A stretch of 64,000 nt of DNA from Eledone cirrhosa (lineage: Eukaryota): assembly GCA_964016885.1 (NCBI GenBank), contig OZ024745.1, forward strand, positions 95,852,001 to 95,916,000, read 5' to 3'. Shown in pieces: positions 50,945 to 64,000 of this stretch; the stretch's first letter is position 1, and each line of letters opens with the position of its first letter. Under the pieces are notes generated by a model. That model worked only from the letters and a program-made list of their open reading frames with translations. It ran no database searches and was not told the DNA's origin. The position numbers and the translations under genes are program-made.

Positions 50945-53278
50945 TCACAGAGATAGTGCTCTTCTCAATATGTGTGCTATACCAGTTAAATCAATTTTTT
51001 TGCACTTCTTGCAGTGATAGTAAGCCAGGGATCATTATAAAATAATTTTCTGTTTTTTTTTTGATAATTCTCAGTGCTCCTACAATCATTGGTATTGAAA
51101 CCACCTTAGGTGCCACATTTTTTCAATTTCAATCTGCAAGTCTTTATATTTTCTGAGCATCTCAAATTCTTTTGGTGCAATATTGTGATCACATAGGATG
51201 CTTATATCAACCAATAAATATACTTTGTTATTTTGGTCTTTTACAATAATATCCGGTCTGTTAGCTTTGAAGGTTCTATCTGTATGTACAGGAAAGTCCC
51301 AAAGAATCATTACATTTTCACTCTCAGTTACAACCTCAGGATGATGTCAGCAGTTTTGATTTTATAATGCCAACATATTAACCAGTGTAAATATTGGCCA
51401 ACTTGGTCATACCTTGATTTATACTCAACCGGTGCTAAAAATTTACATCCAGAGATTAAGTGGTCCATTGTTTCAATCTCATCATTGTAGAATCAGTACT
51501 TTGGATCAGCTCTTTGGATCAACTATCAGTTCAGATAGTTCCACGTTTCTTTTAAATCTTGGGCAGCTATGATGAAGCCTTTACTCTCTGCCTTTAGCCC
51601 TGGGATATGTAGCCACTGATGGATGTGCTTCTAGTCAACATCAGCTTGTTTGTTACAGGTCACAAATCGCATATTTACCATGCAGAAGTCTTTGCTCCCC
51701 CTTGATGTTAATTGTTCATGCCCTTTTCCCTTAGCCATTAATTTTACTTGCTTTGCAACAACAGTTGCCACAGTTCCTTCGGCCTGTCCAGTCTGGATAT
51801 TAGTCATGAGATCAGTAGAAAATTGTTTGGTCTCTTTCAAGATCGAATGAAGCTTCTTAATTCTTTAATGTTTTACAACAAATTTCAGCATCTAGTTATT
51901 TGTTGACCCAAGATATTTGACCAGTTCAATTATGGTGGTTTTGTAAGACAGTTCAAATTGAGTCATGCCTCTGCCTCCTTGAGTTCTGGGAAAGTAAAGA
52001 TGATCTGCATCTGCTTTTGGGTGGTGTATATTATTACACGTCAGCAACTTGCAAAATTTTATGTTAATTCGCTTTACTTCACTGTATTTTTCCAGTTCAA
52101 CACTGGCACTGCTAAGGAATTTATGGCTAACACCTTATGTGCATTAAGCTCAGATTTCAGAACTACTTGTACTCTCCTATATCATTCCTTCCTTATCTTC
52201 TCTCTCATGCTTGAATGCTGAATGCAGGAGCCTTCATTTATACCTAGGTATTTATAAGTTTGTCCCTACTCAATTTCTTTTATAACTGTTTCAACATCCA
52301 GTTTGACTGAATTTGAATTTATTCACCTCCCTTTCTTGAAAGTGTCCTTGGCAGATTTATCAAACCCAATCTCAATCCCGATGTCATCACTGAATACTTT
52401 CACAGTACGCAAAAGGCCTTCAAGCTCATCATTGTCTTTGGCATATAGTTTTAGGTCATCCATATAAAATAGATGGCTTATTTTCCTGTTGTCAATTTTA
52501 TGACTATAACTTGTTCTGTTAAGTTTGATTGTAAAAGGTATTAGAGCTATGCAAAATATTAGAGGTGGAAGTGAGTCACCTTGGAAAATTCCAGTCAATG
52601 TTAATATTGTTTGAACTTAGTACTCCATTGGAATGATATAATTGGAGATTCCTATTCCACAATGACATATTATATTTCAGAAAGTTTGAAATTACAGGAG
52701 ATGTCCAGCCACTTCAGAATCAATGAATGTAGTTAGTATACTGTCAAAATCTTAGATTTCTGCACTTGCCACGACAGCTCTGAAGGATCATATGATTAAT
52801 TAAGAATTGATCTTTACATCATCTGATCACTGTTCAATAAGAAAAAGATTGTTCTCTTCCATAAAATAAATGCATGTTTTTTCCATGAGAATAGATGTTA
52901 AAACCTTATAAGTGGTGGATAAACAGGTTATGGTCTGATAGCTTTTTTAATTTTTGGTTTCATGATTCTTTGATAGTAAGTAAGTAATACCACTTGCTAT
53001 CCTGTCAGCTGTTTTTTCAGAATCTTTCATAATTTCATTGAACAGCTGGACTAACTTTTTGTGCGTGTGCAATGAAAGCCAGAAATTTTGTACGCTATCT
53101 TTACCAGGAGATTTCCACTTATACGCCTTTGTGATTGCCATTTTAAGTCTGCTATTGAGGTGTCTTCCCAATACTTGTTCTGGCAAATGTTTGTAAGAGT
53201 CTTCTCTGTGTCTAATCCAATCTATATTTTCTTCTCATCACTCCAAATCTTTCTCCAAAAGTTTTCAATTTCTTCCAT
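50945..53278 (-). mobile_element. R4/Dong-like LINE (RT plus restriction-like endonuclease), decayed and 5'-truncated
   Basis: WKSPGKDSVQNFW, GIFQGDSL.PL, HLFYMDDLKLYA, ILWDFPVHTDRTFKANRPDIIVKD..LVDISI and C-terminal AHILRRALS motifs. Confidence 0.85.
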
Positions 53279-55593
53279 TAGTAGAGGGTCAGATGCCATA
53301 CTTTGTAGCATAGAGTTACGGCCCTTTACGATCTGAGAAGGCTCTCATATGAATGTGGTTTGCTATTGACTACATGATTACAGGTTCAAACCTTACTACC
53401 ACAGCCACTATACTTTATTCCTGGACAAAACATTCAATATAGTAATATACATTGTGTATCTGCAGCTCTCTATATTTTTTTCTGTTGCATAATTTCTTAT
53501 ATAATCTATGTATTTTTGTCTTCTCTCTTTCTCATTCTTATAGTTTTACTATGAAACCCTTTCTTCCCATTCCTCATAGACACTCTGGTGTTGAGCTGAG
53601 AGAGGGAGAGAGAGACAGAGAAACAGGGAGAGATGAAGATGTTGATGGTGATGATGTGTAATGGAATATGATTTTCATGACCAATAAGATCAACTTTGCT
53701 CTTCACCCAAATTTGCTGGCCTTGTGCCTAAATTAGAAATCAATATATACATTTATGTGAATCACCATAAATTTTGACAGCATTATAACAATGCTTGATT
53801 CAGCTTGAATAGCTATCAGCAGATTTCAGTCACATTTTATGGTTCTGTTATTAACACTAGGAAGACCATGCAGTGGTAAAAATGATTGCTGTAGAATTTG
53901 AAAGTGCCCCAAATTCACAAAACCAATCTTACCTATCTCACTATTGAAATACAAATATAAAACAAGACACCCACCAACTAAAAAAAAAAAAAAAAAAAAA
54001 AAAAATACACCAACAACTCTTTCTTATGGATAAAAATAATTGCTCTAGAATTTGAAAGTGCCCCAAATTCACAAAACCAATCTTACTATTAAAATGCAAA
54101 TATAAAACAAGACCCCACCCTCTAAAAAACAACAACTGTTTCTTCATTGAAACATTTTAACAGTAGAGAGTGTGTCAATTGGTCAGAAATATAAAATGTT
54201 ACATTACAAGAATATTTTATAGCCTGTGATTAAAAGCAAAAAAAATTCAAATTTTAGTGTTGCTCTATATGAAAATAATTTGAGGCAGCAATAGCAGTTT
54301 CAGTATATTCATGAAATCAGACAGATCAATTCTCATCAATCATTTGAGTATTCATATTGAAATCACTCAAAATAACCAATATTTTTTCTGGTGGCTGTTA
54401 TTTATTGTCTTCAAGAACAGAAATCAGATAATCATTATTTTGGGTCATCTACTAAAAATACTATTTATAGATGTACAGTGATGACCACTAAAAAAACAGA
54501 TTCTACTACTCTGAAAATATATTATACATTTAAACATACCTAGTTTTGCTTTATAAGCATTTTTAGTTCAAATCCAAATTTACTGTGGAACAGATCGAGT
54601 AGACAAATTCCAAATTATGGTTATTTTAAGTCTGTTCAGATTCAATGTAACCCAGGTAATGTTTTAATGTATAATTTCAACACAGCCCAATTATATTTTC
54701 ATATATGCTTTGGTATGGACCTGCAACTTTAGCGGAAGACATAGAGGTTCCATATTGACATACAGCATTTTGTAGGGAATTTTTAAACCTAGGGGAGCCT
54801 ATCCCCTCTCCAGGTCTGAATACAACAGATTTCTTCAGAGAAGGATAGAGAGCAAAAGAAATAAGGTGAGAAAGAGATATAGAGGAAGAATAGACTTCAG
54901 TACATGCCTGGTACTTTTTATCGACCTTGAATGAATGAAAGGTAAAGTTGACCTTAGCAGGATTTGACTCACTAAGCAGAGAGCCAGAACAAATACCACA
55001 AAGCAATGTATCCAACATTCTAATGCTATTGTATATATATAATTCATAATGAACCACTGAAATATCACAAATATATTGCCATTTATTGTTTCTTAAGAAA
55101 CATTTGCAAACATCTCTTCTTTGACATGCTCTATACACAGAGACTACAGAACCTGGAGAGGGGCTAAAATATTCCATAAAAAATAAACAAGAGGAGCAGC
55201 ATAAAAATAATGTTTGTCAGGTGAAAAGCTTAACATACTACGTGGATTAGAGAATACTAGTTAGACAAAAGTGATGTACCCACACAGCTTGAAGTATAGG
55301 ATGGTTGGTAATATTTAAATATGCTGTGTTGTTTAGCTATATTGGGTGACAGATGGAAAGAAGGAATTCTGTTATTGATTTACATTTCGTTTGTTTCATG
55401 ACAAAAAGCACCCAGCACACATTGTAAATGTAGTAGGTGTTAGGAAGGGCATCCAGCCATAGAAACGAAGCCAGAACCAGTTCTGTATGAGCAAGACACA
55501 GTTACCTGATCTGAATTGTCTCACAAGACAACTCATCTAATCCAAGCTAGGATGGAAAATGGAGATTAAACAATGATGATGATGATGATGATG

Positions 55594-55644
<51 letters not shown>

Positions 55645-55647
<3 letters not shown>

Positions 55648-56466
55648 TCATCATCAACGTTTAACGTCCGTGTTCCACGCTTGCATGGGTTTGGACGGGG
55701 GTAGTCCCACTTGAGGCAAGAGTGATTGTCTTGCTCGCATAGGACTGTCTGGCAGGTTTTCTACAGTTGGATGCCCTTCCTAACACCAACCACATTTACA
55801 GTGTGGGTCTGGGAGGTTTTTACCGTGTTGCCTACACGGCCACATTACAGCGTGGACTGTGTTTTTTTTTTGTCGTGACACCTACACGATCTCATTTGTT
55901 TCGGCCTGGATGGCGCGGCACCAACATAACTTTATATAGAACGGGGTGGTGTGGATGGGGTGGGGGTGGTGGTGGTGGGACGGGGTGTATTTTGTTAGAG
56001 ATGCCTACTGGCTGGAGTAGGTTTTACTATATATTTAGGTAAGGCGGGTCTTCTCTGTTACTGAGTACCGCCAAAGGTCTCGGTCCAGTGACATTGTCTT
56101 GGTGAGGTGTAAGTGTGTGAGGTCGGAGTTTATCAGCTCGTCCCAGGTTTTTCTAGGTCTGCCTATTCCGTGACTACCGTCTATCTTTATTGCCCTGCAC
56201 TTTGTTATACAGCTATCGACTTTCATGCGCATCACGTGTCCATACCAACGTAGCCTTCTCTCGAGTAAACAACATCTGATCCCTCTTATCTCTAATTTTT
56301 TTCTTAGTTCGTTTATGCTTTGCCGTTCACGTATATTACTGTTACACATCCAGCGGAGCATGCAAGCTTCGTTCCTCTCTAGTCTGCGTATATCCTCTGC
56401 ACACAATGCCCAGGTCTCACTGCCATGCAACATTGCTGTTCGTATGCAGGCATCGTACAACCTGCC

Positions 56467-56472
<6 letters not shown>
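55645..56472 (-). mobile_element. 5'-truncated RTE (subfamily B) with long 3'UTR
   Basis: MKGRLYDACIRTAMLHGSETW..RRLRWYGHVMRM..GRPRKTW, stop at 56035-56037, then a 3'UTR nearly identical to 20195-20565 and a (GAT)n tail. Confidence 0.9.
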
Positions 56473-56506
<34 letters not shown>

Positions 56507-56516
<10 letters not shown>

Positions 56517-56848
56517 AGATCAAAAGATGGTTAAAAGAGTTCCATGTATTTTATTATGCGCATTTCAAAAACAAATATCATCATGCAATAACATTTGTGT
56601 TTTCATCAGATAAAATAGGAAGACATGATATGAAGGTTAAAAAACACTTGTGGATAGTTCAGTTTTAAATCAACATATATGTTGATTTAAAACTGCACTA
56701 TCCACAAGTGTTTTTTAACCTTCATATCATGTCTTCCTATTTTATCTGATGAAAACACAAATGTTATTGCATGATGATATTTGTTTTTGAAATGCGCATA
56801 ATAAAATACATGGAACTATTTTAACCATCTTTTGATCTTATATATTAT
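56507..56848. mobile_element. ~340-bp near-perfect palindrome with two complete head-to-head type I hammerhead motifs
   Basis: Centre at 56677/56678, with two mismatches seen between arms. Plus ribozyme 56738-56808: TATTTTAT-CTGATGA-[stem II]-GAAA-TGCGCA-T-A-ATAAAATA. Mirror copy at 56547-56617. Confidence 0.85.
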
Positions 56849-58997
56849 GTATACTCCAGTCCTACAAACTGTAGAGTGCTTCTTATCCGATATCTGCATT
56901 GCTTTATTGTACTACAATAAAACTCACCTCCTACATATATATATATATATCTAGGGCGGGTAAAATTGCCGAGATCCATGGACGAGTTTTCTCCAGTGGT
57001 CTCTGTTCTACTAATTTATTTACTTTATTCTTAACTCTGAAGCCGAGAATCATTCGGTTTCCTAAATAGAATATTAGTCTACGACTTCATTTATACCATA
57101 AACGTAATTTTGTCTTTGCGTGTAATTGTTCTCATCGCCCCACATAATGACGTATTGTCTTCGCTTTTTTCCATTCATTGCAAGGGAACGTCTTCACATA
57201 CCAAAGTACCGTTTCCTGTTTTCCTTTGGCTGCAACGTTTTTCAAAATATTTACTTCTGCGTTTACAGATTAATAAAGATCAATACAGATTAATAAAGAT
57301 CAATAAAGAGAACCCCTCATTTGAAATCAATGTTATTAAAGAAAGATGTTGATGATATCAACAATAAATCTTTGACAACTCAATTTCCAGGAGTTTAAAG
57401 TTTCTCTGAGAAACGCCTCCCTTTGTTGTTTGGTTGACATTGTTAATCATCTGAATATATAATATTAGAGATTTGTAAAATTTGCCAACCTTTACTGGTA
57501 ATTCCTGAACCATCTGATACAGCTGCACACACATTTTCACAAGTAGCATGATTGATGATATGTCTTTCGTCAAGAATGACACAAGAGTGATTAAATTCTC
57601 TGGATATACAATTACATCACAAAGTAGGGAGAGAGAAAACAATCTCATTGCAGTGGCTGCAGAATTTGTGATGTAAAATGACAGTGGGCAAAAGAATTTC
57701 AACAAATTCTGATTGGTTTGATGGGAATTGATTTAACTAATACAGCATTATTATTACAATTACTGTTTCAGTTTTAAAATGACATTGTATAATTATATTT
57801 TGCTATACATAATACATTTCAATTAACACTTTCCAAACCTACTAATTGCAAAATATTACTAGTTGTGGTTGCAAAGTGATCACATACTTTTTCTAGCTTA
57901 TTGTTATGGTTGGTTCATCTTTTAATATCGATTTACATTTAGACATTTAAAAGCATGGATGTTAGCTTGACCCTCTTCACTGCACAACAACACCAATCTA
58001 CATTATCCCAAACCTACCCACACTTGTTACTCAAAAATATCTCTGCAGAGTCTGGCAAAAGAAATTGTGCACTTAACTGACCAATTTGGTTTTGCCATTG
58101 GTGATGTCAGTAGGTTTGCTAAACTTGATATTACATCAGGTTAGATCATCATTAAGGTTCTGTATCACTATTTTTGTGATTTTAATATAGAAACCAGCGG
58201 TATATTTGGTTTTCCCAAATCACGCCCAATCAACTTCATGTAAAATCATGAAAGAGTACAATGTTGAGCATAAATTGATGTTGAAAGTACACCTAGCAAT
58301 TAATTACTATATAGTTATATCATCAAATTTGATTACAGTTATTACATTGTGCCTCTGGGCCAGATACACTACTATGCATACTTCAATATTTCTGGCTGAT
58401 AATAGCTTCCATTTCTACTTCATAGCAGAATGGCTATCAACTGATAAAGTATTCATTTCTAAAATCAATTACTTCAATAATATACAAATGTTTAAATTTA
58501 CAAAAGCACATTCCATGCAATAAAAATATAGGAAAATGGCTGCAAAATTCTTTGAAATGATATATACTATGCTAAATATAAATTTGAAAACAGAGACAAC
58601 TGAAAGTAGTTCCAGCTAAATCCTGTCAATAAAATCTCCATACAGTTTAAATGCACAGCAAATCTCCGATTTCCGAATGACTAGATGTCAGCAGAAGGAC
58701 ACTCAGGAATTGTGACCTGGATGCATTCCAGCCCTCTTACAGGGTAAGAAGTTAAGGGCCAAAACACTCGCTTGAGGGGTGTTTCTTCTCTGAAAAACCT
58801 TCTGCTGTTCAGCTCTCCTGAGAGTATCTTACCACCACTGCTATCATAGAAAACAAAGGAAAATGGATGCAAAATTCTCAAGGAATATGTACTATGGTGG
58901 AAAACATAGTAAAATGGTTACAGAATTCTTATGAAATAATATATACTATGGTAGAAAACAGGAAAATGGTTGCAAAATTATAATGAAATTATGTAAA

Positions 58998-60153
58998 CTC
59001 TAAGGTCCTTGTAAGTAGACGAGAAAACAGAACTCAGATCCCCCAGGGAAATGGCCTTGCTCAGTATGTAGGAAAGGTGTAGGTAGGAACTCCATTCTCT
59101 GCCCCAAATGCAAACAATGGGTACACAAGAGATGTAGCGGGATCTCAGGAAGCTTAATTAAGAATGTGGGCTTCACATGCAGCAGCTGTGCTGGGACAGC
59201 AAGCAGCAAACAGCCACAGGAAACAAGTACCACCAATCTCTGGGAGGGCTCTGTAGAAACAGTAGACAGCTTCTGCTACCTAGGTGACCGAATTAGCAGC
59301 GGAGGTGGGTGTTCAGAAAGTACAATAACTAGGGTAAGAACGGGATGGAAGAAGTTTAGGGAACTACTACCACTGCTAGCTGCAAAAGGCTTCTCCCTCA
59401 AAATGAAAGGCAGACTGTATGATGCGTGTATCCGAACAGCGATGTTGCATGGTAGTGAGACCTGGGCGCTGAAGGTGGAAGACTTACGTAGATTAGAGAG
59501 ATACGAAGCCTCCATGCTCCGATGGATGTGTAATAGTAATATACGTGAACGACAAAGCATAAATGAATTGAGAGAGAGACTGAGCATAAGAGGAATCAAA
59601 TGCTGTGTGCAGGAGAGGCGGTTGCATTGGTATGGACATGTGATGCGTATGAAGGACGACAGCTGCATAAAAAGGTGCAGAGCACTAGAAGTCGATGGAA
59701 ACCGCGGAGTGGGGAGACCCAAGATGACCTGGGATGAGGTGATAAAAGCCGACCTTACCCAATTACACCTCTCAAAGGCGATGACACACGACCGTGACCT
59801 CTCGCGTCACGCAGTAATACAGAGTACCCGACCTCCCATGGGTACAAGCTGAAGCATATAGACAATATGCCCCCACACCCCCCACTGCAAGGTGGTCGTG
59901 GAGGTGCCACGGCAAAAAAGCACCCAGCCCACACTGTAAAGTGGACGTGTAGGCGCCACAAAAAAGCACCCAGCACTCACTGTAAATGAGGTTGGTGTTA
60001 GGAAGGGCATCCAGCGGTAGAAATCAAGCCAAATCAGTTCCTGTATGAGCAAGGCATGGTCAGCCGACCAGACACTGCCCACAACAGGACAACCCGTCTA
60101 ACCCATGCTAGCATGGAAGAACGGACGTAAAACGGTGATGATGATGATGATGA
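58998..60153 (+). mobile_element. 5'-truncated RTE (subfamily B) inserted in a minisatellite
   Basis: PHD-like WPCSVC..CPKC..WVHKRC, then FCYLGD, LHGSETW, RRLHWYGHV. 3'UTR module and (GAT)n tail. Confidence 0.9.
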
Positions 60154-60154
60154 T

Positions 60155-60735
60155 TGTAGAAGGCATGGTAAAATGGTTGCAAAATTCTGAAGAAATTATA
60201 TATATTATGGTAGAAAACAGTAAAATGGGCAAAATTCTTATGAAATTATATATATTGTGGTAGAAAATGTAGGAAGATGGTAGCAAAATTCTTATGAAAT
60301 GATATATATTGTGGTAGAAAACATAGGAAGATGGTAGCAAAATTCTTATGAAATTATATATATTGTGGTAGAAAACATAGGAAGATGGTAGCAAAATTCT
60401 TCTGAAATGATATATATTATGGTAGAAATCAGTAAAATGACTGCAAAATTCTTATGAAATTTTATATATCATGGTAGAAAATGTAGGAAGATGGTATCAA
60501 AATTCTTATGAAATGATATATACTATGGTAGAAAACGGGAAAAAGGTCAAAATTCTTAGGAAATTATATATATTATGGTAGAAAACATAGGTAGATGGTA
60601 GACAAATTCTTATGAAATGATATATATTATGGTAAAAAACACAGTAAAATGGTTGCAAGATTCTGAAGAAATTATATATACTGTGGTAGAAAACTTAAGA
60701 TGGTTGCAAAATTCTGAAGAAATTGTGGTAAAAGA
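60155..60735. repeat. ~50-55-bp degenerate minisatellite (also 58520-58580 and 58845-58995)
   Basis: Unit approximates gtagaaaacataggaagatggtagcaaaattcttatgaaattatatatattgtg. Confidence 0.9.
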
Positions 60736-62574
60736 TGTTAAGCTAAATAAAGCAAAGAAACAACTATTGAAGAATCTATGACAGAAACTATTGATATTGA
60801 TTTCTTATATAGGTTTTAGGTTAATTCTTGAAGTGAAACTTTATGATTGGTGCCTTTCCTATAGGTATCTCTTCATGTTGTAAGAGATGAAAAAAAGAGC
60901 TAGCAGGAAGAAAGAAATCCAGTAGTAAAACATTACCTCAAAAAGCCAGTAAGGAAAAGCAGATGGAAAAACGATGACAACGATGATGAGACTGAAAAGT
61001 TACATGAGAAATAAAATCAGGCTTTATGAAGTTGAAACTCAGAATTAGGCTGAACTAAACTAAATACTGTAAAACCTTTTTAGAAGTATCTAGAATTACC
61101 TTATCTACTTTTTTTACCTTTTCCTTTTTTTAAAGACTGTAGGGTGGGATTTTAAAAAGATTTGGCTGGTAATTCTAGCAGGTCAATCAACCACCTAGAG
61201 GCTCCTTAATTGACTTGATTGATGATAACTATTATCATATTGTGTAATATCCAGAAAACTTCTGCTTGGTGGGTATCTTGACGTATATGTGTGAGAGAGG
61301 GGTTCAGGGAGAGTGAGAGAGACAGAGAGGGAAAGAAAGTGTGTTTGAAATAATATAACTTGTCATTTGTCGATGCTGTGTTATAAAATGTCATACATTT
61401 TTTAAATCATTTTCAGGGTGGGCCTCTGAGAATAATGGAAGAAAGGAAAGAAAGTATCCTTAAACAGGGGACCTGGCTTAAATGTTTACAACAGAATGGA
61501 CTCTGCTAAGAACACTTAAGGTCAGGGAGGTGATGTTAAACTGGGCAATGAATTATGTCTACTAAGTGGGCTTTGGCTATGGGATATTGCTACACAGAAT
61601 GTAAAGATTTGGAACAAATACTGCTAGGCACCTTGTTTGCTGCTGTAAAGATTCCACCAGTCTACCAGTCCACTACTCTAGACTGATACTTTATTTATGG
61701 ATCCCAGAATCAGATTTGATCTCTGTATCACATTTCATCTGACACTTTAGCTTCTGCCAATTTGCTACATGTGTATGTGATAATATGCCAATAGTTCCTT
61801 GTAAGTTCACAAGCCCTTGAAAACAGGACTCTTGTCTATTGATAAGTATAGATTATGAGAAAAATGGGACCTCTTTGTAGACTGAAGAGAGTTGTTTTCA
61901 TATTGTGCCAAAAAGCTAACCACCAGGTTGTCATGAAGTCATACCAACCACAGAGAATTCATACAATTCAAACCTTACAATCTTTATTTGTTTTATCAAA
62001 ATCAACATTGTAGTTGTCATCATAACCATCCCCACTATTGTTATCATTATCAAAAATAACGCTACCCATATCTGCCAGTTTCCCTGCAATCATCTCCACT
62101 ACCAATATTAATAATACTAATTTTGCAACTATTATCACTACCAACATTCATTTGTACTCCAGTTGCTGCTATCAACATCCCTTTGTCTTCATCCATCCCT
62201 ATCACCTCCCTCATTATCACCATAAATATCATCATCATAGTCATCTTCACAGTCATAATCATTTTATCATCATCATGTGATATTCCCTTGAAAATCAACA
62301 TAGTATCCAATCCATTCTATATTTTTCACTCTGCAATTGTAAATTCTTCACTAGCAGATGCTGTTCTTAGCAGATTAAAAAAAAGAAAAAAGTAACTTGT
62401 GCAAATGGGCGTATAATAAAACATGTCTTTAAGGAAAGAAAAAAAAAATTCTAAGATTTTACTTGCATGCATTTAATGGTGCAGTGAGTGCATACAGATT
62501 ATTTTCTTGGAAGTTACTGCACTATGCTAGTTTTGCATAGCTTCCTCAATAAATATAATAATAATAATATTCTT

Positions 62575-63205
62575 GTTGATGCCGTTGTTGCTATTATTAT
62601 GTAGTTGTTACTGTTGTTAATTTTGTAGTGGTTGCTATTGTTGTTGTTTGGTAGTGGTTGTTGTTGTTGCTATTGTTAATTTTGTAGACGTTGTTGTTCT
62701 GTTGTTAATTTTGTAGACATTGTTGTTGCTGTTATTGTTTTTGTAGTGGTTGTTGCTGTTGCTAATTTTGTAGTTGTTGTTGCTGTTGTTGTTTTGTAGA
62801 CATTGTTGCTGTTGTTGTTTTGTAGACGTTGTTGTTGTTGCTAATATTGTAGTTGTTGTTAATTTTGTAGTTGTTGTTAATTTTGTAGTGGTTGTTGCTT
62901 TTGCTAATTTTGTAGATGTTGCTGCTGTTGTTTTGTAGACATTGTTGCTATCATTAATTTTGTAGATGTTGCTGTTGCTACTTTTGTAGTGGTTGTTGCT
63001 GTTGTTAATTTTGTAGATGTTGCTATTGCTAATTTTGCAGGGGTTGTTGCTGTCGTTAATTTTGTAGATGTTGCTGTTGCTAATTTTGTAGTGGTTGTTG
63101 CTGTTGTTGCTTTTGCAGTCACTGTTGCTGTTTTTAATTGTGTAGTTGTTTTTGTAGCAGTTGTCGCTGTTGTTGTTGTTAATTTTGTAGTTGCTTTTGT
63201 TATTT
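62575..63205. repeat. GTT-rich degenerate minisatellite (~27-30-bp unit)
   Basis: Recurring gttgttgctgttgttaattttgtag(t/a). Confidence 0.85.
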
Positions 63206-63721
63206 TATATAGCGTTCTTTTTTCAAATATTTTTCTTTATTTCTGTAAATCAGTAAATGTGCACCAGCTGATACCATCTGTCATGTGTCATATCACTAAG
63301 ACATCTCTGATTTCAAGGATTTTTATTTCTTTTTTATTTCTTTATTCATTTATTCGTTAATTTACTTCATTTGCATTTTTCGTTTTAATTTTAATTTTTT
63401 AATTTTTGTTGTTGTTGAATTATTACAGATTCTGTTTGAAGCAGCACATTCTTATAGCAACCTTTTGCTTCTATGTTAACTTGTATATAACCAATCGACT
63501 TTAAGCATTCCTTTCACAATATTATAGTTTGTTTATCTTTTTGTATTCTTTATATTTTGTTGTTACTTTATGTCTTTCTCTGGCCCAGTAAATGTTGATA
63601 ACAGTAACAACAGCAACAAGTAAATGATGAGAAAAAAAATTAAATTAAATATAAGTATAAAAATTATTTTAAAAAAACAAACAAAAATAAACAATGCATG
63701 AATTAAATATTTGCATAAAAC

Positions 63722-63850
63722 GGCATCATCTTTATCATCACCACCACCATCATCACCATTATCATTATCATCACCATCAACAGCATCACCATCATCATCA
63801 TTACCACCACCACCATCACCATCACCACCACCATAATCATCACCATCATA
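63722..63850. repeat. (CAT/CAC)n microsatellite
   Basis: Direct inspection. Confidence 0.9.
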
Positions 63851-64000
63851 ATTATTTTACATCTATTTTTCTGTATTGGCATGAGTTGGATGAATAATTA
63901 CAGACAAATCCAATACTTAATTGATGCTAGTGTCCTCCTATATCAGTTGATAAGATCACATCTCACTCAATACATTCCAATTTTGTTATGGTTTCTATGG

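Noticed and set aside
53890-54150. Poly(A) flanked by direct repeats as a retrocopy
   Set aside because: Better explained as a local ~155-bp tandem duplication with an expanded A run; there is no insert body.
57358-57705. 115-aa minus-strand ORF in unique sequence
   Set aside because: No recognisable motif, a non-ATG start and no clear splice signals.

Overview
AT-rich eukaryotic non-coding DNA, intergenic or a very large intron. The repeat content (RTE LINEs with (GAT)n tails, abundant tRNA-derived SINEs, dense (TA)n/(CA)n/(CAT)n microsatellites) resembles a cephalopod (octopus-type) genome; this is inference, not a database result. No host protein-coding gene can be called with confidence. 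The long ORFs I can assign belong to decayed transposons: a near full-length RTE LINE with a PHD-like finger (21.0-24.0 kb) plus fragments, a second RTE family with C-terminal C2H2 fingers, a CsRn1-type Ty3/Gypsy provirus (30.6-35.3 kb), an R4/Dong-like LINE and Tx1-like 3' ends. Also present are a solo LTR, Helitron-like elements and mariner/pogo/piggyBac-type MITEs. The most striking unexplained structure is a set of four sequence-unrelated DNA palindromes (3.3, 20.6, 45.2 and 56.5 kb) in or next to (TA)n tracts, each built from type I hammerhead-ribozyme motifs. Two carry two whole head-to-head ribozyme motifs; two appear folded back at stem II and keep only the 3' half. At least four further stand-alone hammerhead motifs occur. 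Together these suggest non-autonomous, Penelope-related, ribozyme-bearing hairpin retroelements. Two SINE copies also show snap-back 5' ends inside their TSDs. Coordinates were read by eye and may be off by a few bases.
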